This document shows positions 30,962-43,487 of a stretch of DNA of 64,000 nucleotides, one piece after another. Below the pieces are notes generated by a model that saw nothing but the letters and a program-made list of their open reading frames with translations, made no database searches and was not told where the DNA came from. The translations under genes and the position numbers were made by a program. Source of the DNA: an uncultured Planctomycetota bacterium (GTDB taxonomy: Bacteria; Planctomycetota; Planctomycetia; Gemmatales; Gemmataceae); the NCBI GenBank assembly GCA_963849325.1, contig CAWKHF010000002.1, positions 640,001 through 704,000 on the forward strand, in the 5' to 3' direction. Within the stretch, counting starts at the first letter, position 1. Each line of letters starts with the position of its first letter.

Positions 30962-31738
30962 CTACGGAGGACTGAACGAGACGAGCTTGAAGAGTTTATC
31001 GGTGAGGCTGGGCTTCTTGACCAGGGCGCCGTTGCCGGACTTATGCAAAAAGTCGGCCCACGCCTGGGCGTCGGCGGGCAGTTCCTGGCCGGTCATTTCT
31101 TGCAGCGATTCGCTGACGCGGTTGCGCAGGGCCACGTCCTGCTCGTTACGCAGCACGGCAACGAGGGCTTCGGCGGCCTGATACTGCGGGAAGTGAGCCA
31201 GGGCGCGGGCGGCGGTGATGCGCTGGTCGAGGTCCTGCTGCTGATTCTTGTCCAGGCCGGTTTCCGGCGGCATTTTCAGCACGCGGACGAGGAGATCGAC
31301 CGCGGCCGGATTGCCGTTGACGCCGAGGGCGGCCAGCGCCTGGCACTCGATGACGGCGGTCGTCTCGGGGTGCTCGTTCTTGAACGAGCCGGCCCGCACA
31401 TAGGCGTCCATGAGGGCCGGAGCGGCGCGCGGATCCTTGAACTGTTGCAGCGAATGGATGGCCGCCAGGCGGCACAACGGCTGCGGATCGCGGGTGGCGG
31501 CGTCAATCAGCACCTGGACGATCACGTCCTGCTCTTGCCGCGTGCCGCCCTGCTGCAGCGGCTCGCGCAGGGCGCGCAGGGCCTTGCTCTTCTTGTCGCC
31601 ATCGTTGCTGTTGCGGATGACCCACAGCGGATCGGGGGCGGGCTTGAACAGGTCCTTGAACTTGAACTCGCGGCTGGTGACGTCGTCCCAGAAGCCGGCG
31701 CAGCCGCTCAGGCCGAGGCAGGCGACGACCGACAGCAT
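30962..31738 (-). CDS. HEAT-repeat lipoprotein (start uncertain)
   Basis: Lipobox LSGC; HEAT-like RLAAIHSLQQFKDPRAAPALM and RITAARALAHF. Confidence 0.75.
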   Translation of the reverse strand: MLSVVACLGLSGCAGFWDDVTSREFKFKDLFKPAPDPLWVIRNSNDGDKKSKALRALREPLQQGGTRQEQDVIVQVLIDAATRDPQPLCRLAAIHSLQQFKDPRAAPALMDAYVRAGSFKNEHPETTAVIECQALAALGVNGNPAAVDLLVRVLKMPPETGLDKNQQQDLDQRITAARALAHFPQYQAAEALVAVLRNEQDVALRNRVSESLQEMTGQELPADAQAWADFLHKSGNGALVKKPSLTDKLFKLVSFSPP

Positions 31739-32099
31739 CAGCGCCGGCGCAGCGCCACAGCGGATGGACGGCCGATGGCTGGCGATCGCCTTGCTGGTCG
31801 TACATCCACTGGCTCCCTCCCTTTCCCACGCCCCACCGCCCCTCCCGCTATCCCCGGCGCCGTCTCGCGTTGCACAGCGGACGACGAACCGAAGACATCG
31901 CGCAGTCCCGGCCGAGGGAACGGGAGGGCGGGGTATAACGTCTGGCTCCGGACGCGGCAAGAGCGAATAATCGTCCCCATCGGACCAGGAAACCGGACAG
32001 GTTTTGCTTGGCAAGGCAGCGAGAACGGGTAGAATACAAGGATGAATTATTGGTGAGAATCGTCCTCCCATCGCGATCGCTGTCGGCACAGGGACCACT

Positions 32100-33532
32100 A
32101 TGGACACGATGGATACCACCGCCTTCGAGCAGCAGATCCTCAAGCTGGGACTGGTGAGCGAGGCCCGGTTGGCGGAGGTCCGCGACGAACTCGGTCCGAC
32201 GTCGGACCTGACTCACCTGATCGGCATCCTGGAACGCAAGAGCTACCTCACGCCCTGGCAGCGCGGCAAGGTCCTCAAGGGCGACAGCGACGGCTTTTTC
32301 CTGGGCGGCTATCGCATCCTCTACAAGATCGCCTCGGGGAGCTTCGGCCGGGTCTTCCGCGCCGACGATCCGCGCGGCGGCCGCGTCGTCGCCGTCAAGG
32401 TGCTGCGCCGCCGCTGGAGCGAGGACCAGCAGCGCATCGACCTGTTCATCCGCGAGGGCAAGGTCGGCCTGACGCTCAAGCACCCCAACATCGTCGAGGT
32501 GCTGGCCATCAACCACGACGCCTCCTCCGGGCAGTATTACATCGTCATGGAGTTCGTCGAGGGCGGCAACCTGCGCGAGATCCTGCAAATCCGCAAGAAG
32601 CTGAACGTGGCCGAGTCGCTGCGCATCATCGAGGACGCGGCCACCGGCCTGGCCTACGCCTACTCGCGCGGCATGACCCACCGCGACATCAAGCTGACCA
32701 ACCTGCTCATCTCCAGCACCGGGCGAGGCCAAGCTGGTGGACTTCGGCCTGGCCCAGTTCTTCGCCTCCTTCGCCAAGGAAGACGAGAAGGTGGATCGCA
32801 CCGTCGATTACGCCGGCCTGGAGCGGGCCACCGGCGTCAAGACCGGCGACGTGCGCAGCGACATCTATTTCCTCGGCTGCGTCCTGTACGAGATGCTGAC
32901 CGGCCGGTCGCCGATTGCCATGACGCGCGACAAGCACGCGCGCATGCGCAAGGAGCGCTTCGAGCAGGTGCCGCCGATTCCGCCCGACGAGGTGCGGTCC
33001 GCCGTCGCTGTTCGCGCTGGTGGAGACGATGATGTCGCTGGACCCCAGCCAGCGCTACCAGACGCCGTCGCAGCTGCTCGACGCCGTCAGGGCGGTGCGG
33101 CGCGAGCTGGAGGGCAAGTCGGGCAAAGGCGACGGACGATCAACGTCGCGTGCCGTCTTCGTCGCCGAGAGCGACGAGCACTTGCAGGAGGTGCTGCGCG
33201 AGCGGCTTAAAGAGCTGGGCTACCGCGTCTTCCTGGCCGGCGATCCGGTGCGGGCGCTGGACCGTTTCCGCCAGCAGCCTTACGATGCGCCTCATCGTGG
33301 ACGCTCGCACGACCGGCGAGGACGGTTTCCGCGTCTTCGAGCAAGTCGTCGAGGAGGCCGCGCGCAGCCGCTTCCCGTGCGCCGGCATCCTCCTGCTCGG
33401 CGAGGACCAGGCCGAATGGGCGAAACGGCTGCGCAACTCGCCGCAGGTGGCCGTCATCGTCCACCACATCACCTTCAAGACCGTCGCGCAAAACTGAAAG
33501 AGCTGCTGGAGGCGGCGCACCAACCGACCTGA
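32100..33532 (+). CDS. Ser/Thr protein kinase with C-terminal receiver-like domain (frameshifted)
   Basis: [38 protein letters not shown]-terminal VFVAESD...GYRVFLAGD...LIVDA. Confidence 0.85.
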
Positions 33533-33558
33533 CCCGCCGCGCCGGGGCCGCTGGCGGC

Positions 33559-34339
33559 TCAGCGCTGCGGGATCGGACGCCCCATGCGCTCGAGCAGTTT
33601 CTTCATGTCTTCCCATACGTCCTTCTTCTTGTGCGGACTGCGCCCGGCAGCAGGAAGGCCGGATGATAGGTACACATCACCGGGATGCCCTTGTAGTCGT
33701 GAAAGCGGCCGCGCAGCTTGCCGATGCTCTGCGTGGTGCCGAGCAGGTTCTGGGCAGCGCAGCCGCCGAGGGCACAGAGGAATTTCGGCCGCACCAATTC
33801 GATTTGGCGCTCCAGGTATTCGCGACAGTTGCCCGCCTCGGCTGCGGTTGGCAGACGATTGCCGGGCGGACGGCACTTGCAAATATTGCAGATGTACACC
33901 TCTTCGCGCTTCAGCCGCAGGCGGCGAGGATGCGATTGAGCAGCTGGCCGGCCTCGCCGACGAACGGCTCGCCGCGCTGGTCCTCGGTGGCGCCGGGCGC
34001 CTCGCCGACGAAGCACAGCTCCGCGTCGAGCGGGCCGACGCCGAAGACGGTTTGCGTCCGACTCACCACCAACTCGGTGCAGCGCTGGCAGGTGGACACG
34101 CGCTGGGCCAGGACGGTCAACTCGTGCCGCCGCTGCTCGGCGCCGCCGTCGGAGGCCGGCTCGTTCATGGGGGCGAAGAGGGATGGCGGGGTCACTCCTT
34201 CTCCAGCCGCGGGAGCGGGGGCGGGTTGCGCCGGTGCCTGTGCGGGCAGCCAGCGGACGCCGGCGGCGCGGAGGCTGTCCAGGTGTTGGCGGAGCTGCCG
34301 GGCCAGGTCCGCCGCTGTCTGTTCGGGCTGTTCCGCCAT
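33559..34339 (-). CDS. Uracil-DNA glycosylase family 4 (frameshifted)
   Basis: [47 protein letters not shown]. Confidence 0.9.
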
Positions 34340-34429
34340 GCGTACTCTCCTCGCCGTCTCTCACCTGTTACTATAAGAAAGGTTCCGTCTCGAAGTCGAA
34401 CGGCCCTCTCCCGGAATGGAGACCTCCGT

Positions 34430-35321
34430 ATGTCGAACGCTGCCACGGACACGTTCACGCTCGGCCTGGTGCAAATGCGCTGCGAGGACGACCCGGCGGC
34501 CAACCTGGATCGCGCCGTGTCGGCCATCCAGCGCGCCGCTCGCAACGGCGCCGAGATCATCTGTTTGCAGGAGCTGTTCCGCTCGCCGTACTTCTGCCAG
34601 CGTCAGGATCCCGCCCTGTTCGACCTGGCCGAGCCGATACCCGGTCCGACCACGGAGCGCTTGTCGCAGGCGGCCCGCGAGGCCGAGGCCGTCATCGTCG
34701 CGTCGCTGTTCGAGCGCCGCACCCCCGGAGTGTACCACAACACCGCCGTCGTCTTCGACGCCGACGGCAGCCTGTGCGGCCTGTACCGCAAGATGCACAT
34801 TCCCGACGATCCGCTGTACTTCGAGAAGTATTACTTCACGCCCGGCGATACCGGTTTTCGTACTTTCCCGACGCGCTTCGGCCGTATCGGCGTGCTGGTG
34901 TGCTGGGACCAGTGGTTTCCCGAGGCGGCCCGCCTGACCGCCCTGCAAGGCGCCGAGGTGTTGCTCTACCCGACGGCGATCGGCTGGCACCCCAACGAGA
35001 AAGCGGAGCATGGCGCCTCCCAGCGCGAGGCTTGGGAGACTGATGCAGCGCGCCCACGCCATCGCCAACGGCGTCTACGTCGCCGCCGTCAACCGCGTCG
35101 GTCACGAAGGACCGGCCGGCGGCGGCCTGGAGTTCTGGGGTTCGTCGTTCGTCTGCGATCCGTTCGGCGTCCTGGTTGGTCAGACCTCGCAGGACCGCGA
35201 GGAAGTGCTGGTGGTCCCCTGCGACCGCCGCCGCCTGGAGGAAGTGCGCCGCAACTGGCCTTTCCTGCGCGACCGCCGCATCGACGCTTACTCCGACCTC
35301 GGTCGGCGCTGGCTGGGCTAG
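34430..35321 (+). CDS. Carbon-nitrogen hydrolase (N-carbamoylputrescine amidase-like; frameshifted)
   Basis: Triad motifs [36 protein letters not shown]. Confidence 0.9.
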
Positions 35322-35336
35322 GGCTAGGACGATTTA

Positions 35337-35395
35337 TCGGAGCCCGAAGCGTGAGCGAGGGAAGCCCTTTCCCTCGCTCACGCTTCGGGCTCCGA
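35337..35395. repeat. REP-like palindrome, family A variant
   Basis: tcggagcccgaagcgtgagcgagggaa...ttccctcgctcacgcttcgggctccga. Confidence 0.85.
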
Positions 35396-35458
35396 CGACA
35401 TCGTCTACAATGGAAGAATATCGCCGTCGTCCATCCCTCACCCGGAGACCATGGGAAC

Positions 35459-36869
<1,411 letters not shown>

Positions 36870-36883
<14 letters not shown>

Positions 36884-37292
36884 GTTCATCCACGACCGCG
36901 GCCGCGGCCCCGAGATCAAGGGCACGCGCATCACGGTCTATTCCATCCTCGATTACTTGCTGCTGGCGTGGCCCCCAGATCAAATTGCCACCTCCTTTCG
37001 GCTCAGTTCCGAGCAGGTCCGCGTTGCCATCGATTACATCAACGAGCATACGCTCCAAGTTCTGCGGGAATACGTAAAAATTCTGGAGCGGGGAGAGCGC
37101 GGCAACTCGCCAGAAGTGCAAGCTGTCATCGACGCCAATCACGAAAAGTTTTTGCAGACGGTAGCCAAGATCCGGCAGATCGAGGAAACGGATCCGGGTG
37201 CTCGGAAATTGATGGTTACCGCTTTGATCGAGGAGTATCGTCGATCAACCGAGAAGGTGCCCTCTCATGCCAACGATAATGGCAGATCATGA
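36870..37292 (+). CDS. DUF433 antitoxin-like protein
   Basis: [20 protein letters not shown]...[12 protein letters not shown]. Confidence 0.85.
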
Positions 37293-37671
37293 CATCGAGG
37301 GGCAATTCGCGGAACTCGTTCGCATCCTCCTGTCGTCGGACTGGTCCGACTGGTGGGCGGACCTTGGCTGCAAGACGGAGACGTTCGCCTCCTTGGGCTT
37401 ATCCGAGAATTCGCCGGATGCCCTGGTTTGGGACACGTGCCAGGCGCGTCAGGTGGTGCTCATTACCGGCAACCGCAATGACGACGGAGCCGATTCCTTG
37501 GAGGCAACGATCCGCCGTCTGAATCAGACCGATAGCCTACCCGTGATAACGATTTCGAAACCACAGCAAATGGCGCATCGCTCCTATGCGGAGCGCACCG
37601 CCGTGCGATTGCTGGAGTACCTTTCGGAACTCGACAAGTTTCGTGGCACGGGACGCCTGTATATCCCTTGA
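37267..37671 (+). CDS. PIN-like toxin (DUF5615-type)
   Basis: IMADHDI, SPDALVWDTCQARQVVLITGN, GRLYIP; overlaps the DUF433 gene. Confidence 0.78.
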   Translation: MPTIMADHDIEGQFAELVRILLSSDWSDWWADLGCKTETFASLGLSENSPDALVWDTCQARQVVLITGNRNDDGADSLEATIRRLNQTDSLPVITISKPQQMAHRSYAERTAVRLLEYLSELDKFRGTGRLYIP

Positions 37672-37697
37672 CACGATCCGCTATTGAAGAGGCAAAC

Positions 37698-39402
37698 ATG
37701 AACAAGCCGGACAACCTGGGCGGCATCATCCACACCTATCAGAAGTACGACCCCGTACAGTTCCCCAGCCCGACGGCGCCGCCGCCCGACCTGGTGTCGC
37801 CCGCCTTCGAGCACCTGCTGCACTACGGCAGCATGCGCCGGCTGACCGAGGAAGAGCTGGCCCGCGCCGTGCGCATCGACCCGAGCCAGATCCGCGGCCT
37901 GGGACCGAGTCTCGAATCGCTCATGGCGATGCTGCGCGAGCGCAAGCGCAAGATCCTGGAAACCTACGAGACCGGCCGCGTCCAGGCCGAGGCGCACCAC
38001 AACTTCCACGGGCCGGCCGCCGAGGCCAAGCCGCCGACCAAGCTGCGGCGAGCGTTCGACGAGGCCGTGCGCGAGGAGCAGCTGCACGACCTCGAACAAC
38101 TGTGGTATCGCGCCGGCGACGAGCGCAGCCCATTCGCCCGGCAACTGCTGCACCTGGCCGAAGCGCTCGGCGAGAAATATCAGGTCGACGAGCTGGCCGC
38201 CAAGTACGAGTTCACCGGCCGCACACCCCTGACCGTCCCCCAGGCGCTGGCCGTCAAGGAGGAGCTGGAGACCATCGACCGTCTGCTCAAGCAGCTCGAA
38301 GAGGCGATGAAGACGGCGCAGATCGGCGTCATCGACCTGGAGGAGTTGGCGCAGTTCGCCGAGCCGGGCGACCTCGAACAGCTCAGCGCCTTGCAGCAGC
38401 AGATCCAGGATTACCTGCGCGAACTGGCCGAGCAGCAAGGATTGGAGCAAGCGCAGCAGGGCGGCTTTCAGATGACGCCGCGCGCCTACCGGCTGTTCCA
38501 GTCGAAGCTGCTGACGCGCATCTTCGAGCAGCTGCAGGCGTCGCGTTCCGGCCGGCATCAGGGGCCGGTCGTCGGCGAAGGCGCCACCGAGATGCAGCAG
38601 ACCAAGCCCTACGAGTTCGGCGATTCCGTCACGCACATGGACATTCCGTCCTCGTTCACCAACGCCCTGTTGCGCACGGGTCCGGGGCTGCCGGTGCGGA
38701 TGAAGCCCGAAGACATCGTCATCCACCAGACGCGCAACAATCCCAAGTGCGCCTCCGTCGTGCTGCTCGACATGTCCGGCTCGATGCGCTACGACGGGCA
38801 ATACATCAACGTCAAGCGCATGGGCCTGGCGCTGGACGGTCTGATCCGCAGCGAATATCCCGGCGACTTCTTGCAGTTCATCGAAATGTACACGTTCGCC
38901 AAGCCGCGGCACATCTCGGAGATCGCCGCGCTGATGCCCAAGCCGGTCACGCTGTACGACCCAGTGGTGCGCAAAAAAGTGGACATGAGCAATCCGCAAA
39001 TCAGCGAGATGATGATTCCGCCGCACTTCACGAACATCCAGCATGGCCTGCATCTGGCACGCAAGTTCCTGATCGGCGCAGGACACGCCGAACCGTCAGG
39101 TCATGCTCATCACCGACGGCCTGCCGACGGCCCACTTCGAGGGCGAATGGCTGTTTCTGCTGTATCCGCCCGACCCGCGCACCGAATCGGCGACGCTGCG
39201 CGAGGGACAGCTGTGTGCCCGCGAGGGCATCACCATCAACATCTTTCTGCTGTCGAGCTGGAACCAGACCAGCGAGGACGTGCAGTTCGCCTACAAATTG
39301 GCCGAGGGCAGTAAGGGCCGCGTCTTCTTCACGGCCGGCCGCGAACTGGATCGCTACGTCGTCTGGGATTATATCGCACGACGCAAGCAGATCATTTCGT
39401 GA
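37698..39402 (+). CDS. VWA-domain protein, partner of the AAA+ ATPase (frameshifted)
   Basis: MIDAS LLDMSGSM, TNIQHGL, LITDGLPTAH; KPYEFGD. Confidence 0.87.
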
Positions 39403-39413
39403 GGCGGCGCGGA

Positions 39414-39974
39414 TTATAGAGGTGGAATGGAGCGACGAATTTCGTCCAGGAGGTCGCGTGTGCCGTGCCGGTCGCACCATGTATAGACATAGGGCCAATC
39501 GATGCTTTTGCCTTGAACAGCGATCACATTACGCACATCGTCACGGTCCTTGAATCGCTTCGTGTTCAATGCCCAGCGCAGCTTGGTGATGATGACGTCC
39601 TCCGCGGTGGCCATACTGACTTCGCGGTCTCCCATTTTCATTCGCCGACGCCGCCGGAAGCGTTCTTGATCGTGCGGATCATCGCTCAGGTGGAAGAGTT
39701 CGATCTTGAACGGTATACCGACCACTTCGAGAATGTGACGGCTGGTCAGGGTCGCTGTCTCAAAGGTCATCTGGGGATCAAGACGAAAGGCCGCGCCCAG
39801 ATGGTTCGCCAACCGGGATAGGGGTTCGGAACCGAGTTGAACCACGAAATCCGCATCGTAAGTCGAACGGGGAACGCCGTACAGATTGCTCGATAAGGAA
39901 CCGACCACCATGTAGGGGATTGCGAGTGTTTCAAGCGCATCGATCATGGCGAGGATTGCTTCATCGTCCGTCAT
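39414..39974 (-). CDS. Nucleotidyltransferase toxin-like protein (MenT1-like)
   Basis: YMVVGSLSSNLYGVPRSTYDADFVV, ATAEDVIITKL, KDRDDV. Confidence 0.78.
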   Translation of the reverse strand: MTDDEAILAMIDALETLAIPYMVVGSLSSNLYGVPRSTYDADFVVQLGSEPLSRLANHLGAAFRLDPQMTFETATLTSRHILEVVGIPFKIELFHLSDDPHDQERFRRRRRMKMGDREVSMATAEDVIITKLRWALNTKRFKDRDDVRNVIAVQGKSIDWPYVYTWCDRHGTRDLLDEIRRSIPPL

Positions 39975-40201
39975 GGTGCTTGTTCCAAACGCCGTAGGAG
40001 GTTCAGTCTTTCGATGAGGAGTTCCCGAACGCGCTGCTCATCGGCGTCCGGATATTCATTGCGAATTCCATCCGCCATGAGGCGACAGGCTCGGGCGAAA
40101 AGCCGAGGGCCCGATAAGAACTTTTGGTCCAAGGGTGTACGACGCGCACGCAAAACACGTTCGCGGTAAATGTCGTCGATAAGTTCCTCCTTAGGTTCCA
40201 C
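39971..40201 (-). CDS. Small helical antitoxin-like protein (MenA1-like)
   Basis: GTG with GGGAGG RBS; QKFLSGPRLFARACRLMADGIRNEYPDADEQRVRELL; ATGA overlap with the NTase gene. Confidence 0.7.
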   Translation of the reverse strand: MEPKEELIDDIYRERVLRARRTPLDQKFLSGPRLFARACRLMADGIRNEYPDADEQRVRELLIERLNLLRRLEQAP

Positions 40202-40244
40202 GATCGACCCTCCCAATGGGCTTGAGGTCAACGGATGACGATCT

Positions 40245-40273
40245 ATTCTGTCTGTTTTCCGAGAAGTTGTCAA
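40245..40273 (-). promoter_or_regulatory. Sigma70-type promoter of the TA pair
   Basis: Minus strand TTGACA, 17 bp, CAGAAT. Confidence 0.6.
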
Positions 40274-40299
40274 TTCAGCGAGCCGCGCGACGATAGCCG

Positions 40300-42091
40300 T
40301 CAGCCGAGTCGGGCCTGTCCGCCCGCCTGAAAATCCGTCACCTCCAGATCGACGCTGCGCCAGCCCTGCCATTCGTTGAGCTTGGGCGTGAAGGCGAGGC
40401 AGCAGGCGCCGCCGGCGGACATCAGCTCGTCGGCCCGATCGGCCATACTCCAGGCGATGGCCCGCAGCACCGTGCCTTGCTGAGCCACGCGAAAACTCAA
40501 GTGCCGTTCGCCGCCGCCGACCTTGCGCGGCTCGCCCTTGACCTGCAAGCCGCCGGCCAGGAACAGCGGCCGTCGATTCTCGGCGCCGTAAGGCTCCAGG
40601 CGATCCAGATCGTCGATCAGGCCGGTGGTGAGTGCGCTCAGGGGAACCTCGGCGTCGAGTATCAGCGTTGGCGTCGGCGGGCCGCCGGGGAAGCGAGCGG
40701 CGGTGTACTCCGCCAGGCGAGCGCGGAAGGCGTCGATGTACTCGGGCAGAACGCGGAAGCCGGCCGCGGCGGCGTGGCCGCCGTGGCCCAGTAGCAGGTC
40801 GCCGCAGGCTCGCAGCGCTTCGTGGAGGGCGAAACCAGGCACCGAGCGACCAGAGCCGACGCCGACGTGAGCGTGACGACCGTTGCCGTTGCCGTCGGGG
40901 TCCGGCAGGGCGACCATCAGCGCCGGCCGGGCATACAGATCGGCCAGCCGGCCGGCCACGATGCCGATGATGCCGGCGTGCCAGTCCGCCTGTGCCAGCA
41001 CCAGGGCGGGATCGTCTCGACGGCCCTGCTCCTCCACCATCTTGCGCGCCTCGGTCACCATGCGGCGCTCCAGCGTCTGCCGCTGGCTGTTCTGCTCTTC
41101 CAGATAGCGGGCCAGCTCGCAGCGCCTGCTCCTCGCGCGCGTCGTGGTCAGCAGATCGACCACCAGGCGAGCGCAGCCGAGCCGGCCGGCCGCGTTCAGC
41201 CGCGGGGCGATCTTGTATCCGATGTCCGAGGCACGCAGCTCGGCCCCTCGTATCAGGCCGGCGGAGTCGCACAGGGCGAGTAGGCCGGGCGAGGTCGTCT
41301 GCCGCAGACGGTGCAGGCCGTGCCGCACCAGAATGCGGTTTTCGTCGTGCAGCGGCACCACGTCGGCCACCACGCCCAGCGACGGCCAGGGCCACGCCGT
41401 CCAGCAGGTACTCGCGGAAGCGCGGCGTCACCTTGGCGCCGCCGCAGGCCCGCTGCGCCAGCGCCCAGGCCAGCTTGAACGCCACTGCCGAGCCGGACAG
41501 TCCGCCGAACGGATAGCTCGTACCCGGCAGGCGCGGGTGGACCAGCACCGCCGCGTCCGGCAGCGTCTCCTTGAACTCGTGGTGGTCGGTGACGATCAGT
41601 TCCAGCCCGAGGCGCTTCGCCTCCTCCGCCTCTTCCAGGCTGGCGATGCCGCAATCGACGGTGACGACCAGCGTGGCGCCGTCCGCCGCGATCTGCCGCA
41701 GCGCATCGCGGTTGAGTCCGTAACCCTCTTCGAGCCGGTGCGGCACGTACAGGTCCGCCGTGGCGCCGAGCAGGCGGAGGACGTTGAGGAGGATGGCGGA
41801 GCCGGTCACGCCGTCCACGTCGTAATCGCCGTAGACGCACAGGCGGCGGCCGGCACGGACGGCGGCGAGGATGCGGTCGGCTGCCTCGGTCACGCCCGGC
41901 AGCAGTTCCGGCGGATGCAGTCCGGTCAGGGGAGCGTCGAGGAAGCGGCGGGCCTCGGAGGCATCGCCCAGGCCGCGATTGAGCAGCAGCTGGGCCACGG
42001 TCGGACCCAGCCCCAGGGCGGCCGACAGGCGTTCGACGGCGGCCGAGTCATGCGGCAGCAGCCGCCAGGTTTTGGCTACGCGATTTGACAA
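40300..42091 (-). CDS. recJ: Single-stranded-DNA-specific exonuclease RecJ (frameshifted)
   Basis: YGDYDVDG, EGYGLN, TVDCGI, TDHH, PRLNAAGRL, GSGRS, GGHAAAAG, LEPYGAEN. Confidence 0.95.
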
Positions 42092-42387
42092 GGTCGTCCT
42101 TCTTCCGCCGGCCGCCTGGGGAGTGGGGTGCCGGTCCCTCCGATCCTACTACTCGGCGATTATACCGCGAGCCTCGGCGGGAGTAAGCACAAGCCGGACC
42201 CGAACCGCCCCGGTCCCCTCGTCCTCCGCGCTTCCGCCGTCAGCCCCGGCACCGCCGGCATCACCCGCGGCACAATCGTTCCCTGCTTATCCCCTTTTCC
42301 GGAAACATCCCCCAAGATCGTATCTCCCCGCGCCCGATACATTCCATGCAGCCTGGCATTGCACCTCGGAGTTGTGTCCTCGTGTGG

Positions 42388-42432
42388 AGCGCGGGCGTCC
42401 CGCCCGCACCGTGCGGGCGGGACGCCCGCGCT
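42388..42432. repeat. Perfect palindrome related to the family B core
   Basis: agcgcgggcgtcccgcccgcac-c-gtgcgggcgggacgcccgcgct. Confidence 0.8.
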
Positions 42433-42466
42433 TTAACGGCTCGGATCGACCCGCCTGAAAGTGAGG

Positions 42467-43135
42467 ATGTCCATGAGGCGTTTCCCGCTCCAATGGTGCT
42501 TGGCCACCAGTCTCGCCGCTGCCCTGCTGACGTCCGGCTGTCAATATGGCCGGCGGTCGTGCCCGACTTGCGGCATGGCCGCGCCCCCCCTGGCGGCCGC
42601 ACCCGCAGCCTCCTCCCGTAGTCCCTACGCCCCCACGATGATCGCCGCTCCCGCCGTCCCGCGCGAGTCCGAGCCGTCCGGGTCCGGCGACGCGCCTGTT
42701 ATGCATACCGTGGCCAAGCCCGTTTCCCCGGAGCCTCCCGAGGCGGCCGACGAGGCGGTCTCGAAGGCAGCGCCGGTCGCCGCCGTGGAAGCGGAAGCAG
42801 AGCAGCCGACGGTCTCTCCCTACACGGAAAAGCCGGTCGGACGCCGCACCTTCACGGACATCACCGCCGATCCCCATTTCGCTCACGACCCGAAGTATCA
42901 CTGGCTGGTCGGCACCCTCGATTATTCCAAGGTCGAGGATGCCTGGATCCTTCGCTACTGCTCCGTCGAGGAAGACGACCGTTACGGCGGCAGCGTGACG
43001 CTGGTGGACCTGGGCAGCACGGCGGCGTTGAAGAACGGCCAACTCGTGCGCGTCGAAGGTTCCCTGATCAATGCCGACAGCACCCAGCTCCGCCCCGCCT
43101 TCCACGTGCGCGGCCTTCGCATCGTGGGACCGTGA
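42467..43135 (+). CDS. Lipoprotein with Pro/Ala linker and small C-terminal beta domain
   Basis: Lipobox LTSGC; C-terminal FAHDPKYHWLVGTL...WILRY...DRYGGSVTL...VRVEG. Confidence 0.72.
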   Translation: MSMRRFPLQWCLATSLAAALLTSGCQYGRRSCPTCGMAAPPLAAAPAASSRSPYAPTMIAAPAVPRESEPSGSGDAPVMHTVAKPVSPEPPEAADEAVSKAAPVAAVEAEAEQPTVSPYTEKPVGRRTFTDITADPHFAHDPKYHWLVGTLDYSKVEDAWILRYCSVEEDDRYGGSVTLVDLGSTAALKNGQLVRVEGSLINADSTQLRPAFHVRGLRIVGP

Positions 43136-43167
43136 GATCACCCTGTTCTACCCCCTTGTGAACGGAA

Positions 43168-43204
43168 CACCCCCGGGCCGGCGCCGGCCCGGGGGTTTCT
43201 GTTT
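43168..43204 (+). terminator. Intrinsic terminator-like hairpin
   Basis: acccccgggccgg-cg-ccggcccgggggt followed by ttctgttt. Confidence 0.65.
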
Positions 43205-43487
43205 CGGTTCCCTCGCGGCGGCCTCGGGGCCGAAGGGGCGGGGGAAGCGGAAGATGGAAATGAGGCGGATTCGGAGGTTTTTGGGAAAGCTACTCAAGCG
43301 GGGCGACCTCCGAAGCCGAAATGAAACGGTAGAAATCAGCGCGGTTCCGTCTCCGGGATGGAGGTGGACCCCGCTGGTGTGGAAACGAAGAGGAAGGCTC
43401 GGGTCGCCGCTTTTCCCGGATGGATCGCCCCCTGCCGGGACGCGGCGGCCTTCTGCCGAAGTGAGGCTCCAACGGAGGAATACTCTC

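Noticed and set aside
39971-42091. Apparent 706-aa RecJ with a C-terminal extension
   Set aside because: Frameshift read-through; RecJ ends at 40300 and the tail is a separate small gene with its own promoter and RBS.
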